A stretch of DNA of 64,000 nt from Candidatus Hydrogenedentota bacterium (lineage in GTDB: Bacteria > Hydrogenedentota > Hydrogenedentia > Hydrogenedentales > SLHB01), in NCBI GenBank assembly GCA_963668025.2, contig CAXXTH010000010.1:1280001-1344000 (forward strand). The letters run 5' to 3'. Positions within the stretch are counted from its first letter, which is position 1. Every line of letters begins with the position of its first letter. Both the position numbers and the translations under genes were made by a program. This document shows positions 1 through 9,433 of this stretch, one piece after another. The notes below the pieces were generated by a model, which was given only the letters and a program-made list of their open reading frames with translations, was not told the origin of the DNA and did not search any database.

Positions 1-72
1 TTTTAGAGAGGAAAAGATGTCAGTGCTTAAACAAGATGTTGGTATCAACCAGAATCAAGAGGAGGATTTGTG

Positions 73-1041
73 ATGAAGATGTGTTTTAGTTCCATCGCTA
101 TTCTGGCATGCATGGTTTTGTGCGCGGGCGCACAGGCCCAAACGGAATGGACAACAGACTGGACGGGCTGGATGCCTTCCCCCGGCGGTGACACCGGCCG
201 GGTGACTGTAGACAATACCGGCACGGAGCTTGTGGTGTATTACAATGGCACCGGCAACACCTTCGACGGGTGGGGCCCACAGATCGAAGTCACTGGCTTG
301 TCGCCAGCGATTCCTGCCGCGAATGAATGGCTGCGTATGGAGGTCACGTTAACGGGATGGGAAACTGGATTGGCCGGTTATAACTTCGCCAACGAAGATG
401 GCTGGTTTGCTAGTGATGCTGGCAGGGAGACGGGCGATAACAACTGTTGTTTCCGATTCAATTCCAGTATTCTCCGGTTCCACGTAGCTTCGACGGTTAC
501 CACCCGGCAGATTCTTGTCATGGATTTGTCTGAACTCAGCAGCAAAAACAAATGGAGTGGAGACGACTGGGGCGTCGCGGATGCGGCGAATGTCAATTTC
601 GAAATTCCCTGGAACGGCAATGATAAAGTCATGGCGCAATGGAGTGAAGCGAACACTAAACTGCAGTATGTAGGATTTTTCGCGACGAAAGAAGAAGCAT
701 TGGCAGCGGGCAATGGCGCTGCGCCCACTCGTTTGGTGGAAGCGGGTGTGGAAATTCCTGATGTCTCGGCCATGAATCAAGCCGACGCGACGGCGGCCCT
801 CGAAGCTGCGGGATTCGTGGTGGACGTGGTTCAAGAAGCGAGCGACACTGTGGCCGCGGGCGGCATTATTCGCACCGAGCCCGAAGTAGGTTCTTCCGCT
901 GAAGCGGGTTCAACGGTAACGTTGGTAATCTCGACCGGCAGCGCTTCCAGCGACCTGCCTGCGGCTGGATTAGTGGGCTTGGCGCTCTTGGGTGTCGCAT
1001 TTGTAGGCAGTGCGGCGGCCAAATTGCGTAACCGTAAATAA
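73..1041 (+). CDS. Secreted/surface protein with a C-terminal PASTA domain and an LPAAG-TM-basic sorting signal
   Basis: RBS GGAGG at 61-65, ATG at 73. N-terminal signal peptide (..AGAQA). PASTA-like VEIPDVSAMNQADATAALEAAGF...VTLVISTG. Tail LPAAGLVGLALLGVAFVGSAAAKLRNRK. Confidence 0.8.
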   Translation: MKMCFSSIAILACMVLCAGAQAQTEWTTDWTGWMPSPGGDTGRVTVDNTGTELVVYYNGTGNTFDGWGPQIEVTGLSPAIPAANEWLRMEVTLTGWETGLAGYNFANEDGWFASDAGRETGDNNCCFRFNSSILRFHVASTVTTRQILVMDLSELSSKNKWSGDDWGVADAANVNFEIPWNGNDKVMAQWSEANTKLQYVGFFATKEEALAAGNGAAPTRLVEAGVEIPDVSAMNQADATAALEAAGFVVDVVQEASDTVAAGGIIRTEPEVGSSAEAGSTVTLVISTGSASSDLPAAGLVGLALLGVAFVGSAAAKLRNRK

Positions 1042-1070
1042 CATAAGCCCTGGCAGCCTTAACTAAGTTG

Positions 1071-1110
1071 AAGCGGCTTCGGGGGCGAAGGCTTCCGGAG
1101 CCGCTTTCTG
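1071..1110 (+). terminator. Intrinsic terminator-like hairpin
   Basis: AAGCGGCTTCGGGGGC-GAAG-GCTTCCGGAGCCGCTT forms a 16-bp stem with G-U pairs, 30 nt after the stop, with a short T tract. Confidence 0.65.
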
Positions 1111-1220
1111 CATTATCAGCAGGCGAGGCCGTTTTTTTGTCGTGAAGGATCTGGGAAACAACCACGAATGAACGCCAATGCCCTTCACGCAACGTAGCCG
1201 TAACTAAAGATCCGGATTTA

Positions 1221-1248
1221 ACCACGAAATACACGAAATACACTAAAA
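1221..1248. repeat. 9-bp-period tandem repeat (CACGAAATA)x~3
   Basis: ACCACGAAATACACGAAATACACTAAAA read directly. Confidence 0.6.
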
Positions 1249-1256
1249 TCTGAAGC

Positions 1257-1278
1257 GTAGGGTGGGGCTTGCCCCACC
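1257..1278 (+). repeat. REP-like palindrome with a GTAG foot
   Basis: GTAG followed by GGTGGGGC-TT-GCCCCACC. This is the GTAG-plus-hairpin architecture of RAYT-associated REPs. Confidence 0.6.
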
Positions 1279-1495
1279 GTTCAAGGATACGCCTATATAA
1301 ACTGAATGCGCCTATTCGATATACAATGGAGGCCAAAGGGAAATAGTAGTACGAAGAATACGAGTAATAATCAGATGTCCAAGATGCGGAATCTTCTCAG
1401 GATTTTCCAGGAAAAATACCATCGGTGTGCAACAAAAGGTAATGGCTGCGCTTCTGAACTGAACTTAAATAATATATATGTAATACAAGAGGGGA

Positions 1496-3655
1496 GTGCA
1501 TAAAATGTTGCTTTCTATATTTGTTGCCTCGGCTTTATTGACCAGTTTCGGTGCCATAGCTGCTCCCCAGCCGCTTGGCGCACCCATCATAAAATCGTTT
1601 GACTATTCTGGCGTAACGCTTGAGCAAGGCCCATTAAGACGGCAGAGCGACGAAGTCCGGGATTTTTATCTACGGATTCCCAATGATGACCTTTTGAAAG
1701 GCTTCCGTTCACGGGCTGGGCTTCCCGCGCCAGGCAATGATTTGGGCGGATGGTACACGGATGATTTGGGCACTATTTTTGGCCAGATTCTTGCGGGGCT
1801 TTCCCGTTCCTATGCGGGCACCGGCGACATCAATTGCAAAAACAAAGTCGATGCGCTTATATCGGAATGGGGCAAATGCATTGAAGCGGACGGCTATTTC
1901 TACGCTTCTCATCATCCCACTAGCAGCCATTACATTTATGACAAAATGGTGGGCGGGCTTGTAGATGCAATGCTGTATTGTGGAAACCGCGACGCATCCG
2001 CATGCTTGTCCCGAATTACGGACTGGGCGGAGAAAAATCTAGACCGCACACGTCCATATGCCAGCAATTTTACCGACATTGGCATTTCGGAATGGTATAC
2101 ACTGAGTGAAAACTTATACCGCGCGTATCTAGCGACCGGCGAGGCGCGCTATCGTGATTTTGCCCAGGTTTGGGAGTATTCAGACTATTGGAATCTGTAC
2201 GCTAACCAAGCCGATATGTTCGGCCTGCGGCCGGATGGCCAAAAAACGAGCACTTACCATGCTTATAGCCATGTGAACACCCTGAGCGGCGCTGGCGCGG
2301 CGTATCGCGTGACGGGTGAAGGCCATTACCTCCAAACGCTGATCCACGCATATGACTTTCTCCAGCGTTATCAGTGTTTTGCCACGGGCGGCTACGGCCC
2401 CGATGAACAATTATTACCCTCTGATAAATTGCTAGTAAAGCTGGAAGCCACCCACCACTCTTTTGAGACCCAATGCGGCTCCTGGGCCGCGTTCAAAATG
2501 TCCAAATATCTCATCACCTCTACGGGTGACGCGCGGTATGGCGATTGGATCGAACGCCTCGTTATCAACGCCACAAGCGCTACCCCGCCCATGACCCCGC
2601 AAGGCGGCGTATTTTATTTTTCTGACTACAACACCACAGGGGCCTGGAAACAGATTCAACCCGTAGGGTGGACTTGCTGTGCGGGCAACCGCCTGGTGGC
2701 CGTTTCGGACTATAATGATCTTGTCTATTTTCACGACGATAATGCGGTGTATGTCAATCTATTCACCCCCTCGACGCTGCGCTGGAAACAAGGCAAGGCC
2801 GATGCGGCGCTTTCGCAGGAAACCCGTTTCCCAGAGAGTGAAACCGTAGAATTCACGGTGAACATCGACAAACCCACGATCTTTTCCTTGAAATTACGGA
2901 CGCCCGGGTGGCTGGCTTCCCCGATAACCGCCACCATTAACGGCGCTCCGCTAGAAGCCACTTCCGACCAGCATGGGTGGACGGTCATCCAGCGGAAATG
3001 GCATGACAACGATCGCCTCAAGGTAGTGCTACCCATGCGTTTCTGGGCGAGCCCGCTCTTGCCGGAACGCCGGTATCCCACGGCGATCCTGCGCGGCCCT
3101 GTGGTGCTGACCGTCCGCTCGACAGATACCGCCATTGCCCAAAAGATCGACCTTGGCCATCTGGAGGATGCATTGCTCCCGAGTGTGGGCGAACCATTGA
3201 CGTATCACCTTGCATCGGAGCCTTCCGTCCTCGTGCGGCCATACTACGCATGCAAGGAACGTGAGCGCTACCTTATGTATCTCGACCCAGACGCTCCCAG
3301 AAGAATCTACTACCAAGACATAACCTTCAACGGGAATTGGACGGATTTCGGCACATTTCGATACTCCAACACGATTGGGGAATCCGCGGAATGCTCGTTT
3401 GAAGGCACGGGCATCCGATGGATGGGCGAGAGCTGGACGGATGGCGGCCAAGCAGCAGTCACGATTGACGGCCAGCAAGTGGCCATTGTGAATCAATATG
3501 CGCCCAACAATGAAACGCAGTTCGAGTGGCGTTACGAGGGCCTTGCCGCAGGAAAACACACCATCAAAGTAACCATCTTGCCTGAAAAAGCAGCCGAATC
3601 CGTTAATCACTTCATTCGGCTCACCGCTTTCGAGATCCTGGGCGCAAAACCGTAA
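1496..3655 (+). CDS. GH127-family (DUF1680) beta-L-arabinofuranosidase-like glycoside hydrolase with a C-terminal beta-sandwich, secreted
   Basis: Signal peptide. Motifs HAYSHVN, FATGGYG, FETQCGSW and WTCCAGN (Glu/Cys zinc site typical of GH127/146). C-terminal SFEGTGIRW..VTIDG..GKHTIKV module. True start may be ATG 1505. Confidence 0.85.
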   Translation: MHKMLLSIFVASALLTSFGAIAAPQPLGAPIIKSFDYSGVTLEQGPLRRQSDEVRDFYLRIPNDDLLKGFRSRAGLPAPGNDLGGWYTDDLGTIFGQILAGLSRSYAGTGDINCKNKVDALISEWGKCIEADGYFYASHHPTSSHYIYDKMVGGLVDAMLYCGNRDASACLSRITDWAEKNLDRTRPYASNFTDIGISEWYTLSENLYRAYLATGEARYRDFAQVWEYSDYWNLYANQADMFGLRPDGQKTSTYHAYSHVNTLSGAGAAYRVTGEGHYLQTLIHAYDFLQRYQCFATGGYGPDEQLLPSDKLLVKLEATHHSFETQCGSWAAFKMSKYLITSTGDARYGDWIERLVINATSATPPMTPQGGVFYFSDYNTTGAWKQIQPVGWTCCAGNRLVAVSDYNDLVYFHDDNAVYVNLFTPSTLRWKQGKADAALSQETRFPESETVEFTVNIDKPTIFSLKLRTPGWLASPITATINGAPLEATSDQHGWTVIQRKWHDNDRLKVVLPMRFWASPLLPERRYPTAILRGPVVLTVRSTDTAIAQKIDLGHLEDALLPSVGEPLTYHLASEPSVLVRPYYACKERERYLMYLDPDAPRRIYYQDITFNGNWTDFGTFRYSNTIGESAECSFEGTGIRWMGESWTDGGQAAVTIDGQQVAIVNQYAPNNETQFEWRYEGLAAGKHTIKVTILPEKAAESVNHFIRLTAFEILGAKP

Positions 3656-3809
3656 TCGCCGCCCGAGGACGGCTGCACTCGAAAAACATTGAAGAACCTT
3701 ACGTGTATGAAAGGCTGGCTGGGAATCGCTCACCGCGCTTCCCAGCCGATGCAAAATAAGCCAAGGTTTTGAGGACGATAACAACATTGGCGGTATCAAG
3801 GAGAAAGAA

Positions 3810-5036
3810 ATGAAATGCTGCGTTTTCGGATTGCTTAGTATGTGTTTTCTTTTCACTGCGATGGAATGTGAGGCGGCGCCCACGTTTGGCGTGTTCAGAT
3901 CAGGTGATCGATATGCGATCGTAGGCGATTCGATCACCGAACAAACCATATACAGCCGTATGACGGAGACGTATCTCCGGCTGGCAACGCCCGATGAGTT
4001 TAAGCTGCACATCATGCAATATGGCTGGAGCGGCCAATCCGCAGCCAGTTTTCTGGAGCGGATGGATGAAGACTTGGGTGTGTTTGGTCCAACCGTCGTG
4101 AGTATCTGTTTCGGGATGAATGATGGCGCGTATGAGCTGTATCGAGATGAAATCGGCGCGCGCTACCGCGAAAGCCTAACAGGCGTAGTCCAGCACTGCA
4201 AGGCTCTGGGAGTCCGAGAAATAGTGGTGATGTCGCCTGGCATTGTGGACCAATTGTTTTGGCGGATGAACATCACGTGGGAGCAATACAACGAGAATCT
4301 GCATGCCTTGCGGGATATTGCGGAATCCGTCGCAAAGGAAGAGCAAGTCAGATTCGCCGATGTGTACACGGCGATGCATACGGCCCTGGAAGCGGGCAAA
4401 CAACACTATGGCCCTGCTTTCCATTTGACATTCGATGGCATCCACCCTAAGGAAAATGGCCATTTGATTATGGCGTGGCAGTTGCTCAAGGCGCTTGGCA
4501 TGTCTGGCGATATGGGCAGTGTGGAATTGGACGATGGGAAAGCGGCCACCATTGACACCTCCCATTGGCCCATGTGTTTTTATGGCGACCCCTCGCTGCC
4601 TGATCATCCTGAGAACATCCTGCCTCTGATACCCTTTCAAGAGGAACTCAACCGGTTTATGTTGCATGGCGTCATGGACGGGCCCGCCACGGTTCGATGG
4701 GGCGAGTGGGAATACGCCGCGAAGGCTGGCGAACTACAGCGCGGCTTGAATCTTGCCGCCGTTTTCCCGCGAAATCCTTTTACGGAATCGTACAAGAAAC
4801 TGGATGATTTGATTCGAGAAAAGCAGATGGCGGAGATTTCGTTCATTCGATATGTATGGCATGGGTGCCGCCAACTCGACACATTATCGCCAAATGACAA
4901 AAAAATGCATAAATCAATCAAATACATTACCTCTTCATTGGCGCGTGTCCAAAAAGAGCGGGAAGAGGAAATATTAAAAGCCGTGCAGTCGGTGAAGTCG
5001 GAGATACATGTGGAAGTTGCTGCAAACTCGAATTAA
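3810..5036 (+). CDS. SGNH/GDSL hydrolase (putative carbohydrate esterase), secreted
   Basis: Blocks GDSIT, GWSG, FGMND and DGIHP; signal peptide; RBS AGGAG upstream. Confidence 0.85.
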   Translation: MKCCVFGLLSMCFLFTAMECEAAPTFGVFRSGDRYAIVGDSITEQTIYSRMTETYLRLATPDEFKLHIMQYGWSGQSAASFLERMDEDLGVFGPTVVSICFGMNDGAYELYRDEIGARYRESLTGVVQHCKALGVREIVVMSPGIVDQLFWRMNITWEQYNENLHALRDIAESVAKEEQVRFADVYTAMHTALEAGKQHYGPAFHLTFDGIHPKENGHLIMAWQLLKALGMSGDMGSVELDDGKAATIDTSHWPMCFYGDPSLPDHPENILPLIPFQEELNRFMLHGVMDGPATVRWGEWEYAAKAGELQRGLNLAAVFPRNPFTESYKKLDDLIREKQMAEISFIRYVWHGCRQLDTLSPNDKKMHKSIKYITSSLARVQKEREEEILKAVQSVKSEIHVEVAANSN

Positions 5037-5103
5037 TGCCATTTTGAAAAGTGACACCGCTAAGCGGGTTGCAAGGAAAAACTAGGAAAGGAGACCTATC
5101 ATC

Positions 5104-6519
5104 ATGCCTACGAAAAAAACTACTTTCGCGTTGTTTTTTGGAAATCGCGGTTTCTTTCCGGCTTCCCATGTGGGAGCCGTCCGCCAAGAGTTGCCGGAGC
5201 TGTTGCATTCCTGGGGGTATGAAACCATCATGGCCCCAGCGGACGCCACCCGCTTCGGCGGCGTGGAGACGCCTGGGGAAGGTGAGAAATACGCGCAATT
5301 TCTTCACGAAAACCGGGGCAAATACGATGGCGTCATACTCAGCCTGCCGAATTTTGGAGATGAAACCGGAGCGGTGGCAGCGCTCAAGGACGCGGGCGTT
5401 CCCATCTTGATCCAAGCATATCCGGATCAAATGGACAGCATGTGCCCCGCATTGCGCCGTGACGCTTTCTGTGGCAAGTTTTCCATCATGGATGTTTTCA
5501 CCCAGTACGGAGTGAAATTCACCGCGCTCAAGCCGCATGTGGTGAGTCCGGCCAGCAAAGCGTTCCGTGAAAACGTCGCCTACTTCGAGAAGGTCTGCAA
5601 GGTGGCCAACGGCATGCGCCAATTTAGGCTGGGCTCGATAGGGGCGCGCACGACGGCATTCAAGACCGTGCGGATTGACGAACTGGCGCTGCAAAAATAT
5701 GGCATATCCGTCGAAACGCTGGATCTCTCCTCGGTGATCGCACGCACAAAAGCAGTGGATATAAGCGCCAGTGCGTATAAAGATAAAGCGGAAAAGCTGC
5801 GCCCCCTCTCGAATTGGGAAAAGTCTCCCGATTGGGCATTCGAGAATATTGCAAAGCTCGCCGTCGTGATCGACGAGATATTCAAAGAATACAAACTCAG
5901 CGCCATGGCCTTGCGTTGCTGGATCGAGCTGCAACAAGAGCTGGGCGTTTCGCCTTGCCTGATTATGGGCGAATTGAATGACCGCTGCCTGCCTGCGGCG
6001 TGTGAAGTCGATCTGGGCAGCGCTGTAGCCATGCATGCGCTTACCCTTGCCTCGGATTCCCCGGCGGCCTGCCTGGACTGGAATAACAATTACGGCGAGG
6101 ATGAAAACAAGTGCATCCTGTTCCACTGCGGACCGGTTCCGCCCACGATGATGGCGGGAAAAGGGCAAATCATCGATCATGAGATTTTAGCTACGGCGAT
6201 TGGCAAAGGGCGGGCGTATGGCCCCAACGTAGGGCGCATCCGGCCCATGGATATGACCTTCAGCAACATGCTGACGCAAGACGGCCGCCTGCGCTTTTAC
6301 CTCGGCCAAGGCCGTATCACGGCGGACCCCATACCCGAGGATTTTTTCGGCGTGGCGGGCGTTGCCGAGATCGAAAAGATGCAGGAGCTCTTTTTGTATA
6401 TGGGCAAAGTGGGCCATCGGCACCATGTCGCGCTTACCCAGGGCTTCTGCGCGGAGCCGATGCAAGAGGCGCTTTCGTACTATCTTGGCTATGAGGCGGC
6501 AATGCATCCGCAAGCATAA
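5104..6519 (+). CDS. L-fucose/L-arabinose isomerase family protein
   Basis: Motifs LPNFGDE, RRDAFCGK, RCWIELQ, AACEVD, LFHCGP and HRHHVA; RBS AAGGAG. Confidence 0.8.
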   Translation: MPTKKTTFALFFGNRGFFPASHVGAVRQELPELLHSWGYETIMAPADATRFGGVETPGEGEKYAQFLHENRGKYDGVILSLPNFGDETGAVAALKDAGVPILIQAYPDQMDSMCPALRRDAFCGKFSIMDVFTQYGVKFTALKPHVVSPASKAFRENVAYFEKVCKVANGMRQFRLGSIGARTTAFKTVRIDELALQKYGISVETLDLSSVIARTKAVDISASAYKDKAEKLRPLSNWEKSPDWAFENIAKLAVVIDEIFKEYKLSAMALRCWIELQQELGVSPCLIMGELNDRCLPAACEVDLGSAVAMHALTLASDSPAACLDWNNNYGEDENKCILFHCGPVPPTMMAGKGQIIDHEILATAIGKGRAYGPNVGRIRPMDMTFSNMLTQDGRLRFYLGQGRITADPIPEDFFGVAGVAEIEKMQELFLYMGKVGHRHHVALTQGFCAEPMQEALSYYLGYEAAMHPQA

Positions 6520-6631
6520 ATAATATTTTCTTTGACTGTGGCCTCTGTTTGCCTATACGTTAAGTATCGCGCAGAGGCCACAAGGCATATTGGCATTTGG
6601 AACCATTCAAGCCCCATGTAGGAGATATAAC

Positions 6632-7546
6632 ATGAAATCTAGTTGTGAGATTGTCCGGACCGCTCGATCACTTGGCGTAGCCATCCCCGCCTTTAACGTG
6701 CCCTATCTGCCCATGATGGAGCCGATAGTTCGCGCCATCGCGGACGCCGATGCGTTTGCTTTTCTCGAGGTGGCGCGGGTCGAGTGGATGAAATTCGAAT
6801 CTCGCTCCACCCAAGCCGTGATGGAAGAATACAAGCGATGTGGCCGCCCGGAATTTGTCCGGCTGCACTTGGACCACGTTCCCGTGATTGATGAAGACAA
6901 TATCGAGGTGGATTACCTGGATATCATCCGGCAGGCGGTGCAGCTTGGATACGATTCCGTAATGGTGGACGGTTCCCGGCTTGATCTAAAGGGAAACATG
7001 GAAGCGACGCGGCAGGCCGTGGAGATCGCCCATCAGGCGGGCATTCCGTGCGAGGCTGAACTGGGCGCTGTCTTGGGGCACAGCAATGAGGCGCTCCCTC
7101 CGTATGAAGAGTTATTTGCTTCCGGCAAAGGTTTCACCGATGTGGAGGAAGCGCGTGAATTCGTCGCCGCCACGCAATGCGACTGGCTCTCCGTGGCCAT
7201 AGGGAACATTCATGGTGCGGTTTCCAAGGCGCGGCGGGATGAGAAAAAACTCGAAGCGCGGCTCAACCTCGAGCATCTGGAGCGATTATATGAAGCCACC
7301 CAGATCCCGCTGGTGCTCCATGGCGGTTCGGGCATCCCGGACGAATATGTGCATGAAGGGATCCGGCGCGGCATCGCAAAGGTCAACGTCGGCACGGATA
7401 TCCGCCAGGTTTATGAACAGGAAATGTCCGCCTCCGGCGATGTGGCGGTTGCCCAAGAAAAGGTATATGAACGGACAAAAGGGCTCATCACGGACTACTT
7501 TGGTCTTGCGGGCAAACGGGCTGCGCTTGCTGGAAAGGACGCCTGA
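6632..7546 (+). CDS. Class II (TIM-barrel, Zn) fructose/tagatose-bisphosphate aldolase family protein
   Basis: Motifs PAFN, LHLDH, SVMVDGS, EAELG, AIGNIHG, PLVLHGGSG and KVNVGTD; RBS GGAG before ATG 6632. Confidence 0.85.
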   Translation: MKSSCEIVRTARSLGVAIPAFNVPYLPMMEPIVRAIADADAFAFLEVARVEWMKFESRSTQAVMEEYKRCGRPEFVRLHLDHVPVIDEDNIEVDYLDIIRQAVQLGYDSVMVDGSRLDLKGNMEATRQAVEIAHQAGIPCEAELGAVLGHSNEALPPYEELFASGKGFTDVEEAREFVAATQCDWLSVAIGNIHGAVSKARRDEKKLEARLNLEHLERLYEATQIPLVLHGGSGIPDEYVHEGIRRGIAKVNVGTDIRQVYEQEMSASGDVAVAQEKVYERTKGLITDYFGLAGKRAALAGKDA

Positions 7547-7548
7547 AC

Positions 7549-9072
7549 ATGAGCCTGTTGGGCATTGATGTAGGCACGACAGGCTGCAAGGCCGCAGTCT
7601 TCACCAGCGATGGCGAACTCCTCTCGTCAGCATATGCGGAATATGATATTCACCGGCCCCAAACCGGCTGGGCGGAATTGGACGCGCAGGCCGTGTGGCG
7701 GCAGATCAAGCAGACCATCGCCAAAGCCAGCTCGTCCGTGCGCAACGACCCCATCCGCGCCCTTGCCGTGTCTTCACTCGGCGAGTCCATGGCGCCCGTG
7801 GATGCCGCTAGGAGAATTCTCGGGCCGTCATTGACCATGGCGGATGCTCGCGGCGAAGAATATCTTGCGTCTTTGGCAAAGCTATTTCCGAATGAAGAAC
7901 TCTACGCCATTAATGGCAACACCATCGGCAATCACTATAGCCTTCCCAAGCTCATGTGGCTGCGCGAGCATGATCCGAAGCTCTTTGAAGCGGCGGACAA
8001 GTTTCTTTTATGGGGTTCTTTAGTGCTCTACATGCTGGGCGCTGAGCCCGCCGTGGACTATTCGCTGGCCAATCGGACATTGCTCTTCGATCTAAACCAA
8101 ATGGATTGGTCGGAGAAGCTCTTGGCGCGTGTAGGATTTAGCGCCTCCATACTGCCTAAGCCGTGTCCTGCTGGAACATCCCTGGGAACGATTGCGCCCG
8201 CATTAGCGGATGAGTTGGGGCTTCCCCGGGAAACCATGCTAGTCGCTGGCGCACACGATCAATGCGCCAACGCACTGGGTTGTGGGGCAGTCCAGCAAGG
8301 GCGAACCATGCTCGGAATGGGCACGTTTTTGTGTATGACGCCCGTGTTCGAAGCCCGGCCTGAAGCATCGGCCATGATCACCCGGGGGCTTAATACGGAG
8401 CACCACGCTATTCCGGGATGCTATGTCACGTTTATTTACAATCAAGGCGGGAATCTCTTTAAGTGGTTTAGAGACACTTTCGCCTCGGCGGAACACAAAG
8501 CGGCCGTGGAAGCCGGACGGGACATTTATGCGTCCTTGCTCGACGAGATGCCTGCGGCTCCAAGCACGGTTATGGCGCTTCCCCATTTCGAGCCCACCGG
8601 CCCGCCCGAATTTATCATGGATTCCGCTGGCGTGCTGGCGGGATTGCGGCTGTCGACCTCGCGAGGCGACGTGCTCAAAGGCATTCTCGAAGGCTCTATA
8701 TTCTATCTCCGTGAATGCCTGGATATGCTGCCCGGGGCGGGCATCGAAGTGAATGACTTCCGCGCCGTTGGCGGAGGAAGCAAATCCGATCAATGGCTGC
8801 AAATCTGCGCCGATATTATGCAGCGCCCGGTCACCCGGCCCGCCTTCACGGAGGCGGGCGTGCGGGGAGCCGCCATGCTCGCGGGCATTGGCGCGGGCGT
8901 CTACGCATCCGCGCAAGAAGCAGTGGATACATTCGTGCAGCTCGGTAGGTCTTTTGAGCCTGATGCGAAAAACCAATCCGTTTATGAAGGCCGGTTTGGC
9001 CATTATGTCCAAATGAGACACGCCATGAGAGGCTTCTTGCATGACCTGGTGCGGGATGACGGAGCCTCTTAA
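7549..9072 (+). CDS. FGGY-family carbohydrate kinase (xylulokinase-like)
   Basis: Motifs LGIDVGTTGCKA, PKLMWLREH, GAHDQ, VGGGSKS and GAAMLAG. Confidence 0.88.
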   Translation: MSLLGIDVGTTGCKAAVFTSDGELLSSAYAEYDIHRPQTGWAELDAQAVWRQIKQTIAKASSSVRNDPIRALAVSSLGESMAPVDAARRILGPSLTMADARGEEYLASLAKLFPNEELYAINGNTIGNHYSLPKLMWLREHDPKLFEAADKFLLWGSLVLYMLGAEPAVDYSLANRTLLFDLNQMDWSEKLLARVGFSASILPKPCPAGTSLGTIAPALADELGLPRETMLVAGAHDQCANALGCGAVQQGRTMLGMGTFLCMTPVFEARPEASAMITRGLNTEHHAIPGCYVTFIYNQGGNLFKWFRDTFASAEHKAAVEAGRDIYASLLDEMPAAPSTVMALPHFEPTGPPEFIMDSAGVLAGLRLSTSRGDVLKGILEGSIFYLRECLDMLPGAGIEVNDFRAVGGGSKSDQWLQICADIMQRPVTRPAFTEAGVRGAAMLAGIGAGVYASAQEAVDTFVQLGRSFEPDAKNQSVYEGRFGHYVQMRHAMRGFLHDLVRDDGAS

Positions 9073-9109
9073 TAAAATAGTTTGATCAAGAAAAGAACGA
9101 AGTTTAACC

Positions 9110-9137
9110 AAAAGGCCCCTTATCAGGGGCTTTTTTT
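9110..9137 (+). terminator. Intrinsic terminator (possibly bidirectional)
   Basis: AAAAGGCCCCT-TATC-AGGGGCTTTTTTT after the kinase stop. Confidence 0.8.
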
Positions 9138-9201
9138 ACGCAAGATGGCGTCAGATGAATACCAGGTACACCGGATATAAGAGAAGAGATTTGCGCTTCT
9201 T

Positions 9202-9249
9202 GTAACATGGCCGTCCCGGCCATGCGCATGGGCGGGACGCCCATGCTAC
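9202..9249. repeat. Inverted REP-like doublet
   Basis: GTAACATGGCCGTCCCGGCCATG-CG-CATGGGCGGGACGCCCATGCTAC. The second unit read on the minus strand is GTAGCATGGGCGTCCCGCCCATG. Confidence 0.65.
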
Positions 9250-9433
9250 GGGAGTAGATGAAATGGATAATGACGGCACTGAGGTATGGTATTTGTATGC
9301 ACATGCATGCAAGCATTTCTTTTATCCAGCGATCAGAGAATAAGTGATGATTCCGTGCTTCTGGCCGTGTAGAATGCTTATCAATAAAATCAAACAAGGG
9401 CTTTTTTCCAAGCAAAGAGGAGTGTGCATCATC

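Noticed and set aside
1306-1503. 65-aa ORF upstream of GH127
   Set aside because: AT-rich promoter-like DNA with no RBS or motif support.
3029-6180. Long minus-strand ORFs 3029-4015 (328 aa) and 4927-6180 (417 aa)
   Set aside because: Antisense to well-supported GH127, SGNH and isomerase genes; no family motifs.
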